From Rubripirellula sp. (GTDB lineage Bacteria > Planctomycetota > Planctomycetia > Pirellulales > Pirellulaceae): a DNA stretch of 64,000 nucleotides. The stretch is from assembly GCA_045110715.1 (NCBI GenBank), contig JBGCGI010000078.1, forward strand, positions 369 through 64,368, in the 5' to 3' direction. The position numbers were made by a program, and so were the translations under genes. Of the stretch, positions 16,945 to 26,533 are shown one piece after another (the stretch's first letter is position 1; every line of letters begins with the position of its first letter). The notes under the pieces are model-generated. The model was given only the letters and a program-made list of their open reading frames with translations, was not told the DNA's origin and did no database searches.

Positions 16945-17466
16945 CTACTTCAGCCGCCACTCGACTTGGCGATCGCGGTAGCCGTGATGTAGCGACCAAT
17001 GCCGGCTCGAGCTCGCTCCAAAGTAGCCATAAGAATAGGGTGTCTTCCAGTTCTCTCGCTGGCTGGCAACTGGCAGAACGGCTGGCTGTGATTGAAACCT
17101 ACGGTGGTAGGAAGAGTGAGGCGGGTGAACTTGCCGTTTGCCATGAGCGGTGTGCGGATCCGTTTTCTTACTCTTGCGCTGCCCCGGAGCCTGAAGGATG
17201 TGGTGCGGCTGATGCGACGCTGTCCGCAATCCGTTCATCGGCGTTCCATGGACCGAAACGACTGACTCATGGGTACCAAACGATGTCTGTTGAACCGGCT
17301 GCTGGTTAGAGGCTTGATCAACATTTCGAACGGGTGAGGGCCAGACTCTGGAGGTTTCGCCCATTGGAGACTGTGCCCACGCCGGCGAGCTGACTAGCAG
17401 CAAGATGATGAAACCGGGTTTCCAGAAAACGATGCGATGGGGGACGCCTTGCACGCGAATTACCAA
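16945..17466 (-). CDS. Hypothetical exported protein
   Basis: Signal-peptide-like FIILLLVSSPAWAQ and C-terminal TPYSYGYFGA. Fills the gap between flanking genes. Start uncertain. Confidence 0.55.
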   Translation of the reverse strand: MVIRVQGVPHRIVFWKPGFIILLLVSSPAWAQSPMGETSRVWPSPVRNVDQASNQQPVQQTSFGTHESVVSVHGTPMNGLRTASHQPHHILQAPGQRKSKKTDPHTAHGKRQVHPPHSSYHRRFQSQPAVLPVASQRENWKTPYSYGYFGASSSRHWSLHHGYRDRQVEWRLK

Positions 17467-17878
17467 TGTATGGAGAAGATGGGGTGACTTTTCCGATTGC
17501 TCTTGTTTTTAAGATCGGCAGGTCAGCGGAGGCATCACCAGACTTTTTGCTCGGCAAATCGAATTCTGGTTCAAGTGAGCTGATTCACGTGAGATCCGCT
17601 GCACTCGTGCTATCAACTCGTGTCAGCCTGTTCCGAGGAAAGTGGGGGTCTCTGCATGAATTGGGCTGGCGATCGTTGGAAAACGGTTTGTATCGTGACT
17701 TTTGGCGCGCATGTTCACTGCTCGCCCAACCAGACTTTTCTCCCGTGATGGATGGATCGATTGTAGGAACGTGGCGTAGCGAGCCTCAAACCAATCAGAT
17801 CGACCGAGCTTTACGGCGATACCAACTAGTGAACACCAGCAAATACGGACACTTGCTGAACCACGCACGGAAGCTGCT

Positions 17879-18781
17879 ATGAACATTCAACGTCGCCAAT
17901 TTATCGCTCTCTTCGGATCGCTTGCTGCTGCAGGTAGTCATTCAGTGTTTGCTGAAGAAGCAGGACTTGTCGAGCCCGTGCACCGCGTTGCGAATGCACC
18001 TGCCCCGATCGCATCACCGGCGGGTTTGGAAGCGACGCCTGCTCCCGTTCCTGCGATCGATCGGGCTTTGGATTTAGCGCGTGGTGGTTTGCAAGGCTGC
18101 CGGGCCAATGTGAACGACTACACGGCTTTGATGGTCAAGAGAGAGCGTGTCAACGGAACTCTGCTGGGCCATGAATTCATGGCGGCGAAGATCCGCAATC
18201 GAAAGGTCGTCAATGGCCAAGTGGTTCAACCTCTCAGCGTCTACCTCAACTTCCTGAAGCCTTCGTCTGTCAAAGGTCGCGAGGTGATTTATGTCGAAGG
18301 TCAAAATGACGGCAACGTTGTCGCTCATGAAGGCGGCTTCAAAGGAAAGTTTCTGCCGACGGTCACGATTCCACCCGATGGCATGTTGGCGATGCGTGGA
18401 CAGCGCTATCCGATGACCGAGATCGGAGTGGAGAACTTGATTGTCAAGTTGATCGAGCGTGGAGAGCGAGCCGCTCAGAGTCCTGATGTGCAGTGCGAGT
18501 TTCGCAAGAACGCGCGAGTCAAGGATCGTGTGTGCACCGTTCTTCAAGTCACCCAGCCGACCAAGAAGATTGGTGAGAATGAGTTTTACCAAGCTCAAGT
18601 CTTCATCGACGATCAGTTGAACATTCCAATTCGCTACATCGCCTACGACTGGCCGGCTCGCTCGGGTGCAGCACCTGAGGTGATTGAAGAGTACAACTAC
18701 TTGAACGTGAAAGTGAATGTTGGACTGACCGACGCGGATTTCGATCCTCGCAACCCGGCCTACAACTTCTACTCCAAGTAG
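17879..18781 (+). CDS. DUF1571 domain-containing protein
   Basis: DYTALMVKRERVNG, PLSVYLNF, GREVIYVEGQNDG, RYPMTEIG, EEYNYLNVKVNVGLTDADFDP. Tat-like RRQF N-terminus. Confidence 0.85.
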   Translation: MNIQRRQFIALFGSLAAAGSHSVFAEEAGLVEPVHRVANAPAPIASPAGLEATPAPVPAIDRALDLARGGLQGCRANVNDYTALMVKRERVNGTLLGHEFMAAKIRNRKVVNGQVVQPLSVYLNFLKPSSVKGREVIYVEGQNDGNVVAHEGGFKGKFLPTVTIPPDGMLAMRGQRYPMTEIGVENLIVKLIERGERAAQSPDVQCEFRKNARVKDRVCTVLQVTQPTKKIGENEFYQAQVFIDDQLNIPIRYIAYDWPARSGAAPEVIEEYNYLNVKVNVGLTDADFDPRNPAYNFYSK

Positions 18782-19159
18782 GGTGGCAAAGCCCTCTCGC
18801 AAGTGTGGATTCACTCGCTCGGAAAGGCGGGGTGAGCAACATCGCGAGGTTTTCTTCGATGGCGTTGACGGATGCGGGAGTTGACCGCTTCGGCTAATCC
18901 TGGCTTGCCTGGTCGTCCAGGCGTGACTGCGTCAGGTGAGCAAAAGTCTGACGCTCGGCACCGTTGTCCGACACATTTGCCGCCAAATCGTCGTCTGGAA
19001 ATTGGATTTGTGGTGCAGTGGTCCTTCGAGGGACGCCGATCAGCACGACAGTCAGTGAGTTGCCTACTTTCCCAAACGGGTGCGTGATCTAAGAATGGTC
19101 AGCACAGGCAACCGTCACGAAAGATCTCACCTTCTCGCTTTTTGATTGTAGCGTTCATC

Positions 19160-20818
19160 ATGACAGTCCTCGTTTTTGGTCATCGTAATCCGGACACCGA
19201 TGCGATCTGCTCCGCACTCGCCTACGCGGATTTTTTGCGACAGACGACGCGGCCCGACGCAGTCGCGGCTTGCTGCGGAACACCAAATCAGCGAACGGAG
19301 TTTGCGTTGAAGAAAGCGGGTTTGCAACATCCCAAGATCATCATGGACATTCGTCCTGAGATCGAGGACGTCTGCAACACGACTCCGATTGTGGCGCATC
19401 AAGATGACGTGTTCTTTGAAGTTTATCAAAAAATGCAAGAACACGAGATTCGAGCCATTCCCGTTTTGGATGACGACGAGCAGCTTGCCGGTATCGTGAC
19501 GTTGTTGGACTTGCTCGAGTTGATGCTGCAAGGCGGTGTGGATCCCGTGCATTCGCGCGAAGTTTGCAGCACGCTGAGCAAAGTGAACTCCGTGATTGGA
19601 GGAACGTTCCAGCATTCGGTGGATCCGGACCGGAAAGATGACTTTGTGGTGACCGTGGGTGCGATGAGTGCCGGCGGATTCACAACGCGGATGAGAGAGT
19701 TTGAAGCGGAACGCCTGCTGGTGGTCAGTGGCGACCGACCGACGATCCAACTGCCGGCGTTAGAGATGGGCGTGCGTGCTCTGGTTGTGACAGGTGGCTA
19801 TCAACTTTCCAGCGGTCTGATGCAGTTGGCGGAAGCCCGCGGCGTTGCGGTCATCAACAGCCCCTACGATACCGCGACCACAACGATGCGCATCAAGGCG
19901 GCGCAGCGGATCGAGTCCATCATTGAAAGTAACATCCTTTCGTTGCCGGCGAAGATGCCAGTGCACGCGGCTAGTCAGCAGGTGTTGCGTTTGAGCCAAA
20001 TGATTTTCCCGGTGGTCGATGGTGGAAAACTAACGGGAGTGCTCAGCAAGAGTGACTTGATCGATCCGCCCAAGCAACAAATCGTGTTGGTGGATCACAA
20101 CGAGTTGGCCCAAGCTGTCCACGGAGCAGAAGAAGCCGACATCGTCGAAGTTCTGGATCATCACCGACTGGGCGGATCACTGAAGTCAAATCATCCCATT
20201 CGCTTGCCTATGGAACCCGTTGGATCCACCTGCACGCTTGTTGCGCAAATGTTCCAGCGTGCTCAGATCGAACCCACGCCTGGCATTGCGTTGTGCATGG
20301 CATCCGGGATGATCAGTGATACGCTGTTTTTGCGTTCACCGACCACCACCAACGTTGATCGAGATATCCTTGTCTGGCTGCAAAAGTTTTGTGAGGTCGA
20401 TTTGAAGAAGTACGCCAACGAGTTTTTTCAAGTTGGATCGGCGCTGCGATCCTGCACGCCCCAGGAAGTCGTGCGGGAAGACTGTAAAGAGTTTGAAGAC
20501 TCGGGTTGCCGTTTCTCCATTTCGCAGATTGAGGAGATTGGGTTCGATCTGTTTTGGCAGCGAAAAGACGAAATGGCGACTGCTCTGGAAGAGCATGCAA
20601 GGCAGCATCGGCTCGACTTTTCGGCCCTGTTGGTCACCGACATTTCCAGCAACGGAAGCCTGCTTTTGATGAGCAGCGAGCCTCAGGGTTGGGAAGAAAT
20701 CAACTATCCGCAGTTGGAAGACAAGCTCTACCAGTTGGAGGAAGTCGTCAGTCGCAAAAAGCAATTGCTGCCGCTGATCATCAGTTTGGTCGAAGCCGCG
20801 CCGGTGATCACTCGATAG
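19160..20818 (+). CDS. Manganese-dependent inorganic pyrophosphatase (family II) with CBS and DRTGG domains
   Basis: GHRNPDTDAICS, CBS pair, VSGDR (DRTGG), LVDHNE, LDHHRL, C-terminal VVSRKKQLLP. Confidence 0.93.
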   Translation: MTVLVFGHRNPDTDAICSALAYADFLRQTTRPDAVAACCGTPNQRTEFALKKAGLQHPKIIMDIRPEIEDVCNTTPIVAHQDDVFFEVYQKMQEHEIRAIPVLDDDEQLAGIVTLLDLLELMLQGGVDPVHSREVCSTLSKVNSVIGGTFQHSVDPDRKDDFVVTVGAMSAGGFTTRMREFEAERLLVVSGDRPTIQLPALEMGVRALVVTGGYQLSSGLMQLAEARGVAVINSPYDTATTTMRIKAAQRIESIIESNILSLPAKMPVHAASQQVLRLSQMIFPVVDGGKLTGVLSKSDLIDPPKQQIVLVDHNELAQAVHGAEEADIVEVLDHHRLGGSLKSNHPIRLPMEPVGSTCTLVAQMFQRAQIEPTPGIALCMASGMISDTLFLRSPTTTNVDRDILVWLQKFCEVDLKKYANEFFQVGSALRSCTPQEVVREDCKEFEDSGCRFSISQIEEIGFDLFWQRKDEMATALEEHARQHRLDFSALLVTDISSNGSLLLMSSEPQGWEEINYPQLEDKLYQLEEVVSRKKQLLPLIISLVEAAPVITR

Positions 20819-20870
20819 CGACGACGACTTGACCCAAACTTGCCCAATGGAGCAGACGCAACGCGTCGTG

Positions 20871-22247
20871 CTACTTGAGGCGTTCCTTCCAACCGTCGAT
20901 TTGGGCTCGGACTTGATCGGGCGCGGTTGATCCGTAGCTGACGAAGGCCGCAACCGCGTTCTTGCTTCCCAAACATTCGTAAACGGAATCGTCAATTTCA
21001 TCGCTGTGGCTCTGCAGTACCTCAATCGGTAGTTCGCTGAGCGCGACTTTTCGTTTCATGGCTTCGCCAACGATGGCGCCGACCAAATGGTGGGCCGTCC
21101 GCTGTGGCATTCCCTTCTTGATCATCCACTCCATCAGTGTCGTCGCGTCGAGATAGCCACGTTCTAATCCGTCGGCGATCGATTCGCGTTGTAGTTCGCT
21201 GCCCTCCACAATCGGTGCTGCCAACTCCAGCATCGCCATCACCGTATCGAAGGAATCGAACAGCGGTGGCTTGTCTTCTTGCAAGTCGCGGTTGTAGGCC
21301 ATCGGTAGATTCTTTACCAATAACATCAGGGTCTGTAAGTTGCCCATCACGCGAGCGGACTTACCTCTGGTCAGTTCGAGTGTATCTGGATTGACCTTCT
21401 GCGGCATGATGCTGCTGCCTGTGCAGAACTGTTGTGGAATCTTGATGAAGTTGTATTCCACCGTGCTCCACAGAATCCACTCTTCCGCCCATCCGCTCAG
21501 GTGGGAAGCGATGACCGACAGCACGAAAGAACTTTCCAGCATGAAGTCACGATCACTGCTGGTGTCCAAGCTGTTGGCAGTGACGGACTCGAAGTCCAGT
21601 TGTTTGGCGGTTTGTTCGCGATTGATCGGAAGGGTTGTTCCCGCGACTGCAGCCACGCCGAGACTGCACTGATTGACCCTTCGTCGACAATCTGCGATAC
21701 GTTGTCGATCACGCTCAAACTTTTCGATGTAGGCAAGCCAGTAGTGGGGCGCAAGAACTGGTTGGGCACGCTGCAGATGTGTGTAGGCGGGCAGGATGAT
21801 GTCAAAGTCTCGATCGCATCGAGACAAGAACGCACGTTGCAAGATCTCCAATCTCGCGTCGATCGCATCCAAGGCATCGCGAACCCACATGCGAATGTCG
21901 GTGCTGACTTGGTCATTGCGGCTGCGAGCGGTGTGCAGTTTTCGACCAACATCCCCGATCCGGTCGATCAAGGCTTGCTCAACATGCATGTGGATGTCCT
22001 CGAGCTCAAACTGAATGGGCAGTTCGTCGGCGTCGATTTCTTTCTCGATTTCTCCCAGAGTGTCCCGGATCAGGACAAACTCTTCGGAAGTCAACAATCC
22101 GACGTCCGCCAGCATCTGGGCATGGGCGACCGAACCGCGGATATCGTGGCGATAAAGCCTGCGATCGAAGCTAATGCTCTCGGCATAGGCCTCGAGTCGT
22201 TTGTCGGTACTGGCTTCAAATACGCCGCTGCGGGAGGGGCTTTTCAC
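20871..22247 (-). CDS. argH: Argininosuccinate lyase
   Basis: EDIHMHVE, KLHTARSRNDQ, PAYTHLQRAQP, TGSSIMPQKVNPD signature, YNRDLQEDK. GTG 22247 preferred. Confidence 0.97.
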   Translation of the reverse strand: MKSPSRSGVFEASTDKRLEAYAESISFDRRLYRHDIRGSVAHAQMLADVGLLTSEEFVLIRDTLGEIEKEIDADELPIQFELEDIHMHVEQALIDRIGDVGRKLHTARSRNDQVSTDIRMWVRDALDAIDARLEILQRAFLSRCDRDFDIILPAYTHLQRAQPVLAPHYWLAYIEKFERDRQRIADCRRRVNQCSLGVAAVAGTTLPINREQTAKQLDFESVTANSLDTSSDRDFMLESSFVLSVIASHLSGWAEEWILWSTVEYNFIKIPQQFCTGSSIMPQKVNPDTLELTRGKSARVMGNLQTLMLLVKNLPMAYNRDLQEDKPPLFDSFDTVMAMLELAAPIVEGSELQRESIADGLERGYLDATTLMEWMIKKGMPQRTAHHLVGAIVGEAMKRKVALSELPIEVLQSHSDEIDDSVYECLGSKNAVAAFVSYGSTAPDQVRAQIDGWKERLK

Positions 22248-22380
22248 GTTCAGACTGTCCGGAAAGGTGCTGGGAATCAATAATGCACCTCTGCTGTGCA
22301 TCTCGGCTGAGTATTATCCTCAGGCGGGCCCGAAATGACGACCCCGCAACCGCCAGAAAGCCACTCGCACGAGTCGAATC

Positions 22381-25107
22381 ATGAACCGTATGCGTTTTTA
22401 CTTCCTTCCGCTCGTTCTGGTACTCGTCGTCGGGAACCTGGGGACACTCGGTTCCGTGCTGGCCGCCGACGTGATGGCAATCGCGATTCCGGGCCAGCCC
22501 TACGGTGTCGCGACAATCGAGATTCCGATCGCGTCTCCTGTGATCGGGGAGGTTCCGCCACCGATTCAGGTCGCTGATCAGGCCGGGCGGGTACTGTTTC
22601 CGATCTCGGACGACGTTCGCGTCAAAGTCACCCGACCTTCCGATCGCCCGGTTCCTCGGCCCGGCGGAGGCCGTCTGCTCAACCGCGTTGGCAACTTGAT
22701 TCGTGAAATCACGAACAAGGAAGAGGACTTGGAGCAAACCGTGGCTCGCCGTGTAGCGTTCTTGTTCGTCGGCGCGGAACCGCTGCGCGTTCGAGTGGGC
22801 GATGCAAACGGAGACGTTGGAACCTACGACTTGATCCCAACGGCTGACCAAGCAGCACGCGATCAAATCCTACAGCGTTGGTGGAATGGCTACACCGAAG
22901 CAGCGCGGTTGCAGATCGATTCGGCGGACTATCCTACATGGGTTGAAAACTACTTGGTCGCGATGCTGGCAGGCCGTCTGAACCTGGCTTTGCCCGATTG
23001 GTATACGAACACTAAGAAAGATGACGACGAACTACTTAGCACCCTGAAACTGATTGCCGGAGCCGAGGGGGTTGGCGAAGCGATTTTCCGACGCGCCGCC
23101 GCTGGCAAGCAGGATCTTGCTGCAGCTACGTTGCCGGTCCCTGCGCCACCTGCATGGGCACCCCTGTTCAATCGCGACAACCTTGCGGCTGTACCAGTCG
23201 AGTCTCTGGCAACGCGAGTTCCGCCAGAGTGCTTCTATTTGCGTTACGGTTCGTTTGAAAATTATCTTTGGTTTCGTGATCTGTCGGATGAGTATGGCGG
23301 TGATCTAAGCAAAATGGTCACGCTGCGCGGAATCGAGAATGACACCGCTGCTCGGGTTGAGACTCAGCTGAACATGAAAACGACCGAGCTGACACGGATG
23401 CTTGGTGCAACTGTGATTGAAGACCAAGCGATCATCGGGCGTGATCTGTTCATGAACGACGGCGCGTCCGTTGGAGTGATTCTAAAAGCGAAGAACGCGT
23501 TCTTGCTTCGAACCTCGCTTTCCGGTGATCGATCCAAGCTGGCGCGAAACAATGACGGCGTCACATTGAAGGATATTAAAATCGCTGGGCGCCCCGTCAG
23601 CTTCCTCGGAAGCCCGGACAACAAAGTGCGTTCGTTCATGGCCGAGGACGATGGCTACTTCTGCATCGCCAACAGTGAAACGTTGGTTCGCCGTTTCCTG
23701 GAGGTTGGTGAATCAGGCGATTCACTTGGCACGACGTCCGCATTCCGCTTGTCTCGTCAATTGATGCCGTTGGAACGCCAGGACACGATCTTCGCGTACT
23801 TCTCTCCGCAAATGCTACGCGGTTTGGTATCGCCGCAATACTTGATCGAACTGCGTCGACGACTGCACGCCAAAGCTGAAAGCGCGATGGTCCACCTGGC
23901 GAAACGAACTGCGAGCCAAGAGTCCGCAAACGCCGAGGGACTTGATGAATTGATCGCAGCTGGGTTCTTGCCAAACGGTTTCGGTCGTCGCCCTGACGGA
24001 AGCGGACTTGTCGTCATCGGTGACCAAGTCGTTGATACGATGCGGGGCGGTCGGGGCACTTATTTGCCGATCGCGGATGTGAAAACCGAGTCAGTGACCC
24101 CCGAGGAATCGGCTTGGTATTCGCAAATCGCTAGTCAGTACACCTCGCGTTTTCCCACGATCGATCCAATCATGGTTGGGATCAAGCGTGAGACCTTGAT
24201 GGAGTCTGGCGATCCGGCCTCGGGGGCGATCGAACGCTTAACGATTCACGCGGAGGTCGCGCCGTGGGAGCCAGCCAAGTATGGCAAGTACAGTCAGCAG
24301 TTGGGGCCTCCAACCGACGCGGCGATGCGGTTCGCACCGGACGACATCATCGCCGTGCAAGCTCATGTGGCCTCACCGCAACTCGGCCCGCCAACACACC
24401 TGTTTGCGGCGATCAAGGACACCGTCCCGCCGGCGCCAGAGGAGTTCGATGGAATTCTGAATATCTATCGGTCGCTCCGTCAGATCCCCGGGTACTTAGG
24501 GGCTTGGCCGCAACCCGGCGCCCTGGACCGATTGCCGTTGGGGCTTGGTCGCGGACAGCCAGTCGGACCGGGCATGAGTCGGTTGATCGGAGGCCTGTAC
24601 CGTTACACCGATGGACAGTTCAGCATCCTGTCGTTCTATCCGGATCTGTTGCAAGCGAGTTTGCCATTTCTGTCGGCCGATCAAGCCGACAGTGTCGCGC
24701 AGGTTCGAGCTCGGATTGGGAACTTGAACGGCAGTCAAATTTCCAGCTATGCGAATGCACAACTCTATGATCGAGCGCGTGAAGGGAGCGTGGCGGGTGC
24801 GAACTTCTTGAATTTGCTTTCGCGTCAATTGCGGGTCGCTCCCGAAGACGCCATGAAGATGGCCGAGCGAGTCATGGGCGCACAGTTGCAATGCACGCTC
24901 GGCGGAGACTATCAGTACTCAGCCACCGGCGGTCGCTGGTACAGCACCGCGTGGGAAGGCGAGGTTGCCCCGACGAATGCACCACTTCAATACGTCGCTC
25001 CGGCGATGGTTTGGTTTCGAGGTGCGACAGCGTCGTTGACTCAATACGACGATCGGCTGGTTGCGGACGCGGTCCTCGATATTGCAAGGGCGGCCAAGCA
25101 GGAGTAG
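22381..25107 (+). CDS. Large exported hypothetical protein (908 aa)
   Basis: Long ORF with normal codon usage and an N-terminal signal peptide. No family recognised. Confidence 0.8.
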   Translation: MNRMRFYFLPLVLVLVVGNLGTLGSVLAADVMAIAIPGQPYGVATIEIPIASPVIGEVPPPIQVADQAGRVLFPISDDVRVKVTRPSDRPVPRPGGGRLLNRVGNLIREITNKEEDLEQTVARRVAFLFVGAEPLRVRVGDANGDVGTYDLIPTADQAARDQILQRWWNGYTEAARLQIDSADYPTWVENYLVAMLAGRLNLALPDWYTNTKKDDDELLSTLKLIAGAEGVGEAIFRRAAAGKQDLAAATLPVPAPPAWAPLFNRDNLAAVPVESLATRVPPECFYLRYGSFENYLWFRDLSDEYGGDLSKMVTLRGIENDTAARVETQLNMKTTELTRMLGATVIEDQAIIGRDLFMNDGASVGVILKAKNAFLLRTSLSGDRSKLARNNDGVTLKDIKIAGRPVSFLGSPDNKVRSFMAEDDGYFCIANSETLVRRFLEVGESGDSLGTTSAFRLSRQLMPLERQDTIFAYFSPQMLRGLVSPQYLIELRRRLHAKAESAMVHLAKRTASQESANAEGLDELIAAGFLPNGFGRRPDGSGLVVIGDQVVDTMRGGRGTYLPIADVKTESVTPEESAWYSQIASQYTSRFPTIDPIMVGIKRETLMESGDPASGAIERLTIHAEVAPWEPAKYGKYSQQLGPPTDAAMRFAPDDIIAVQAHVASPQLGPPTHLFAAIKDTVPPAPEEFDGILNIYRSLRQIPGYLGAWPQPGALDRLPLGLGRGQPVGPGMSRLIGGLYRYTDGQFSILSFYPDLLQASLPFLSADQADSVAQVRARIGNLNGSQISSYANAQLYDRAREGSVAGANFLNLLSRQLRVAPEDAMKMAERVMGAQLQCTLGGDYQYSATGGRWYSTAWEGEVAPTNAPLQYVAPAMVWFRGATASLTQYDDRLVADAVLDIARAAKQE

Positions 25108-25138
25108 CGGAGCTTGTTGGCCGTCAAACGAGCGTGTC

Positions 25139-25912
25139 TCAGTGTGGGCCATCAATGCGGTCGGCAATGGCCTTTGCGATCGCTTCCTCGGGACCGAGAT
25201 AGTTCGAGGCCTGGACGCGAACAGCCGAATGTCGCTCATCCGCCTCGCGAACTTGGCCGAGGATCGCCTGATTCAGTCGTCCTTCGAAGAGCAAATGAGG
25301 GTGGACGATGACTTGATCGAATCGGTCACTTCCAGCGACCTGATCGAGCACGGCTGGCAAACGTGGCTCTGCCATCGCATAGAAAGCGGTGACAACGGAG
25401 CGGACGTCCAGGCGTCTTGCTACGACTTCCGACAAAATTCGCATGTCGGCCTGCGCGCATGGGTCGCGATTCCCTCGCCCTACCATCACGATCGCTGTAC
25501 GACTCATCGGCGTCTCGGTCTGCTGCAGTGTTTCGCCAAGCCGATGGACGACCAGGTCAATCACGCAACGGTGTCGAGAAATGGGTCGCGATTGATCATG
25601 CGAAACCCATGGCGTCTTTGACACACAGGCTTCAATCTCGTTGGGAATGTCTTGCTTGGCGTGGCCAGCGGCAAACAGCAACAGCGGAGCAACGTGAATA
25701 TGCTTGGCTCCTTGGGCGACAAGCGAGTCCCAGCCCTGAGCGATGGTCGGTTCTTGGAATTCCAACAGCGAAGACGCGACAGGTATGCTTCCTAACTGCG
25801 TCTGTAGTTTTTCGCCAAGACGAAAGAACTGTTCTGTTCCAACGGAATCCCGCGTGCCATGCCCGACGAGCAGAACAGCGGGTGATTCGGGACGAGGTGA
25901 CTCGGCATTCAT
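25139..25912 (-). CDS. Sirohydrochlorin chelatase (CbiX/SirB family)
   Basis: Two CbiX-like halves: LLVGHGTRD...LEFQEP...PLLLFAAGHAKQDIP and VMVGRGNRD...HLLFEG. Confidence 0.9.
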   Translation of the reverse strand: MNAESPRPESPAVLLVGHGTRDSVGTEQFFRLGEKLQTQLGSIPVASSLLEFQEPTIAQGWDSLVAQGAKHIHVAPLLLFAAGHAKQDIPNEIEACVSKTPWVSHDQSRPISRHRCVIDLVVHRLGETLQQTETPMSRTAIVMVGRGNRDPCAQADMRILSEVVARRLDVRSVVTAFYAMAEPRLPAVLDQVAGSDRFDQVIVHPHLLFEGRLNQAILGQVREADERHSAVRVQASNYLGPEEAIAKAIADRIDGPH

Positions 25913-25920
25913 CGAATCGA

Positions 25921-26271
25921 TTACTGCACCGAATCCACGATCTGGGAATCGCCAAAGCCTTCTTTGGAAAGAGCGGCAAGGGCGGCCGCGACGTCAAACC
26001 CAGCATCGAATTTGACAATCACTTGGCGATTGTCGATCGTCCCTTCTTCCTTCTGAGACGCCAGTTCGACGAGCTGAACAGCTTCGGCTGCTTCCAGTGT
26101 TTCTTTGACATGTGGAAAGCACGAGAACTCGCAACTCATCTTGGGAACAGCAACGACCAGCGTGCCGGCTTCGGCCATGACTTCGGAGGAATCGTCCGTC
26201 GGTACGTTCGCGATCCCAATCATGATTCCGATCGCAGCAACGACTGCAATGACGTAGGCAAATCCGCGCAT
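25921..26271 (-). CDS. Heavy-metal-associated (HMA-like) domain protein with N-terminal membrane anchor
   Basis: MRGFAYVIAVVAAIGIMIG anchor, then VPKMSCEFSCFPHVKETL. The true start ATG 26271 lies inside track ORF 25921..26574. Confidence 0.75.
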   Translation of the reverse strand: MRGFAYVIAVVAAIGIMIGIANVPTDDSSEVMAEAGTLVVAVPKMSCEFSCFPHVKETLEAAEAVQLVELASQKEEGTIDNRQVIVKFDAGFDVAAALAALSKEGFGDSQIVDSVQ

Positions 26272-26453
26272 GGTTTGATTTTCTTTCAGAAAACTGTGAG
26301 TGTGGAAGTTGCTAACCGGGATCCCTAGCATTGCCAACACGTTGCTTTCAGGCAAGCGGCAATTTGACCCGGTCTCGATCAGTTTCACATCCTGGTTTCC
26401 CACGCGCGAATGGGATAGCTCTTGACCTGAGCAAGCGAAATTGCCGAACGTCC

Positions 26454-26479
26454 GGTTCAAGTCCGGGAAAACTTGAACC
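26454..26479. promoter_or_regulatory. Perfect inverted repeat GGTTCAAGT-N8-ACTTGAACC between divergent genes
   Basis: 9-bp arms read directly from the sequence, lying between the HMA gene and the beta-barrel gene. Confidence 0.4.
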
Positions 26480-26533
26480 AATTTGGCAAGGTTTCCGGGA
26501 AAATTACAATCAAAACGTCTTGGAGACGACTCC

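Noticed and set aside
17466-17886. ORFs 17466..17882 and 17623..17886 between divergent genes
   Set aside because: They have no recognisable motifs and atypical composition. This is probably a divergent promoter region.
26451-26467. tRNA T-arm-like TCCGG-TTCAAGT-CCGGG
   Set aside because: No acceptor stem, D-arm or anticodon arm can be built around it. It is better explained by the 9-bp inverted repeat.
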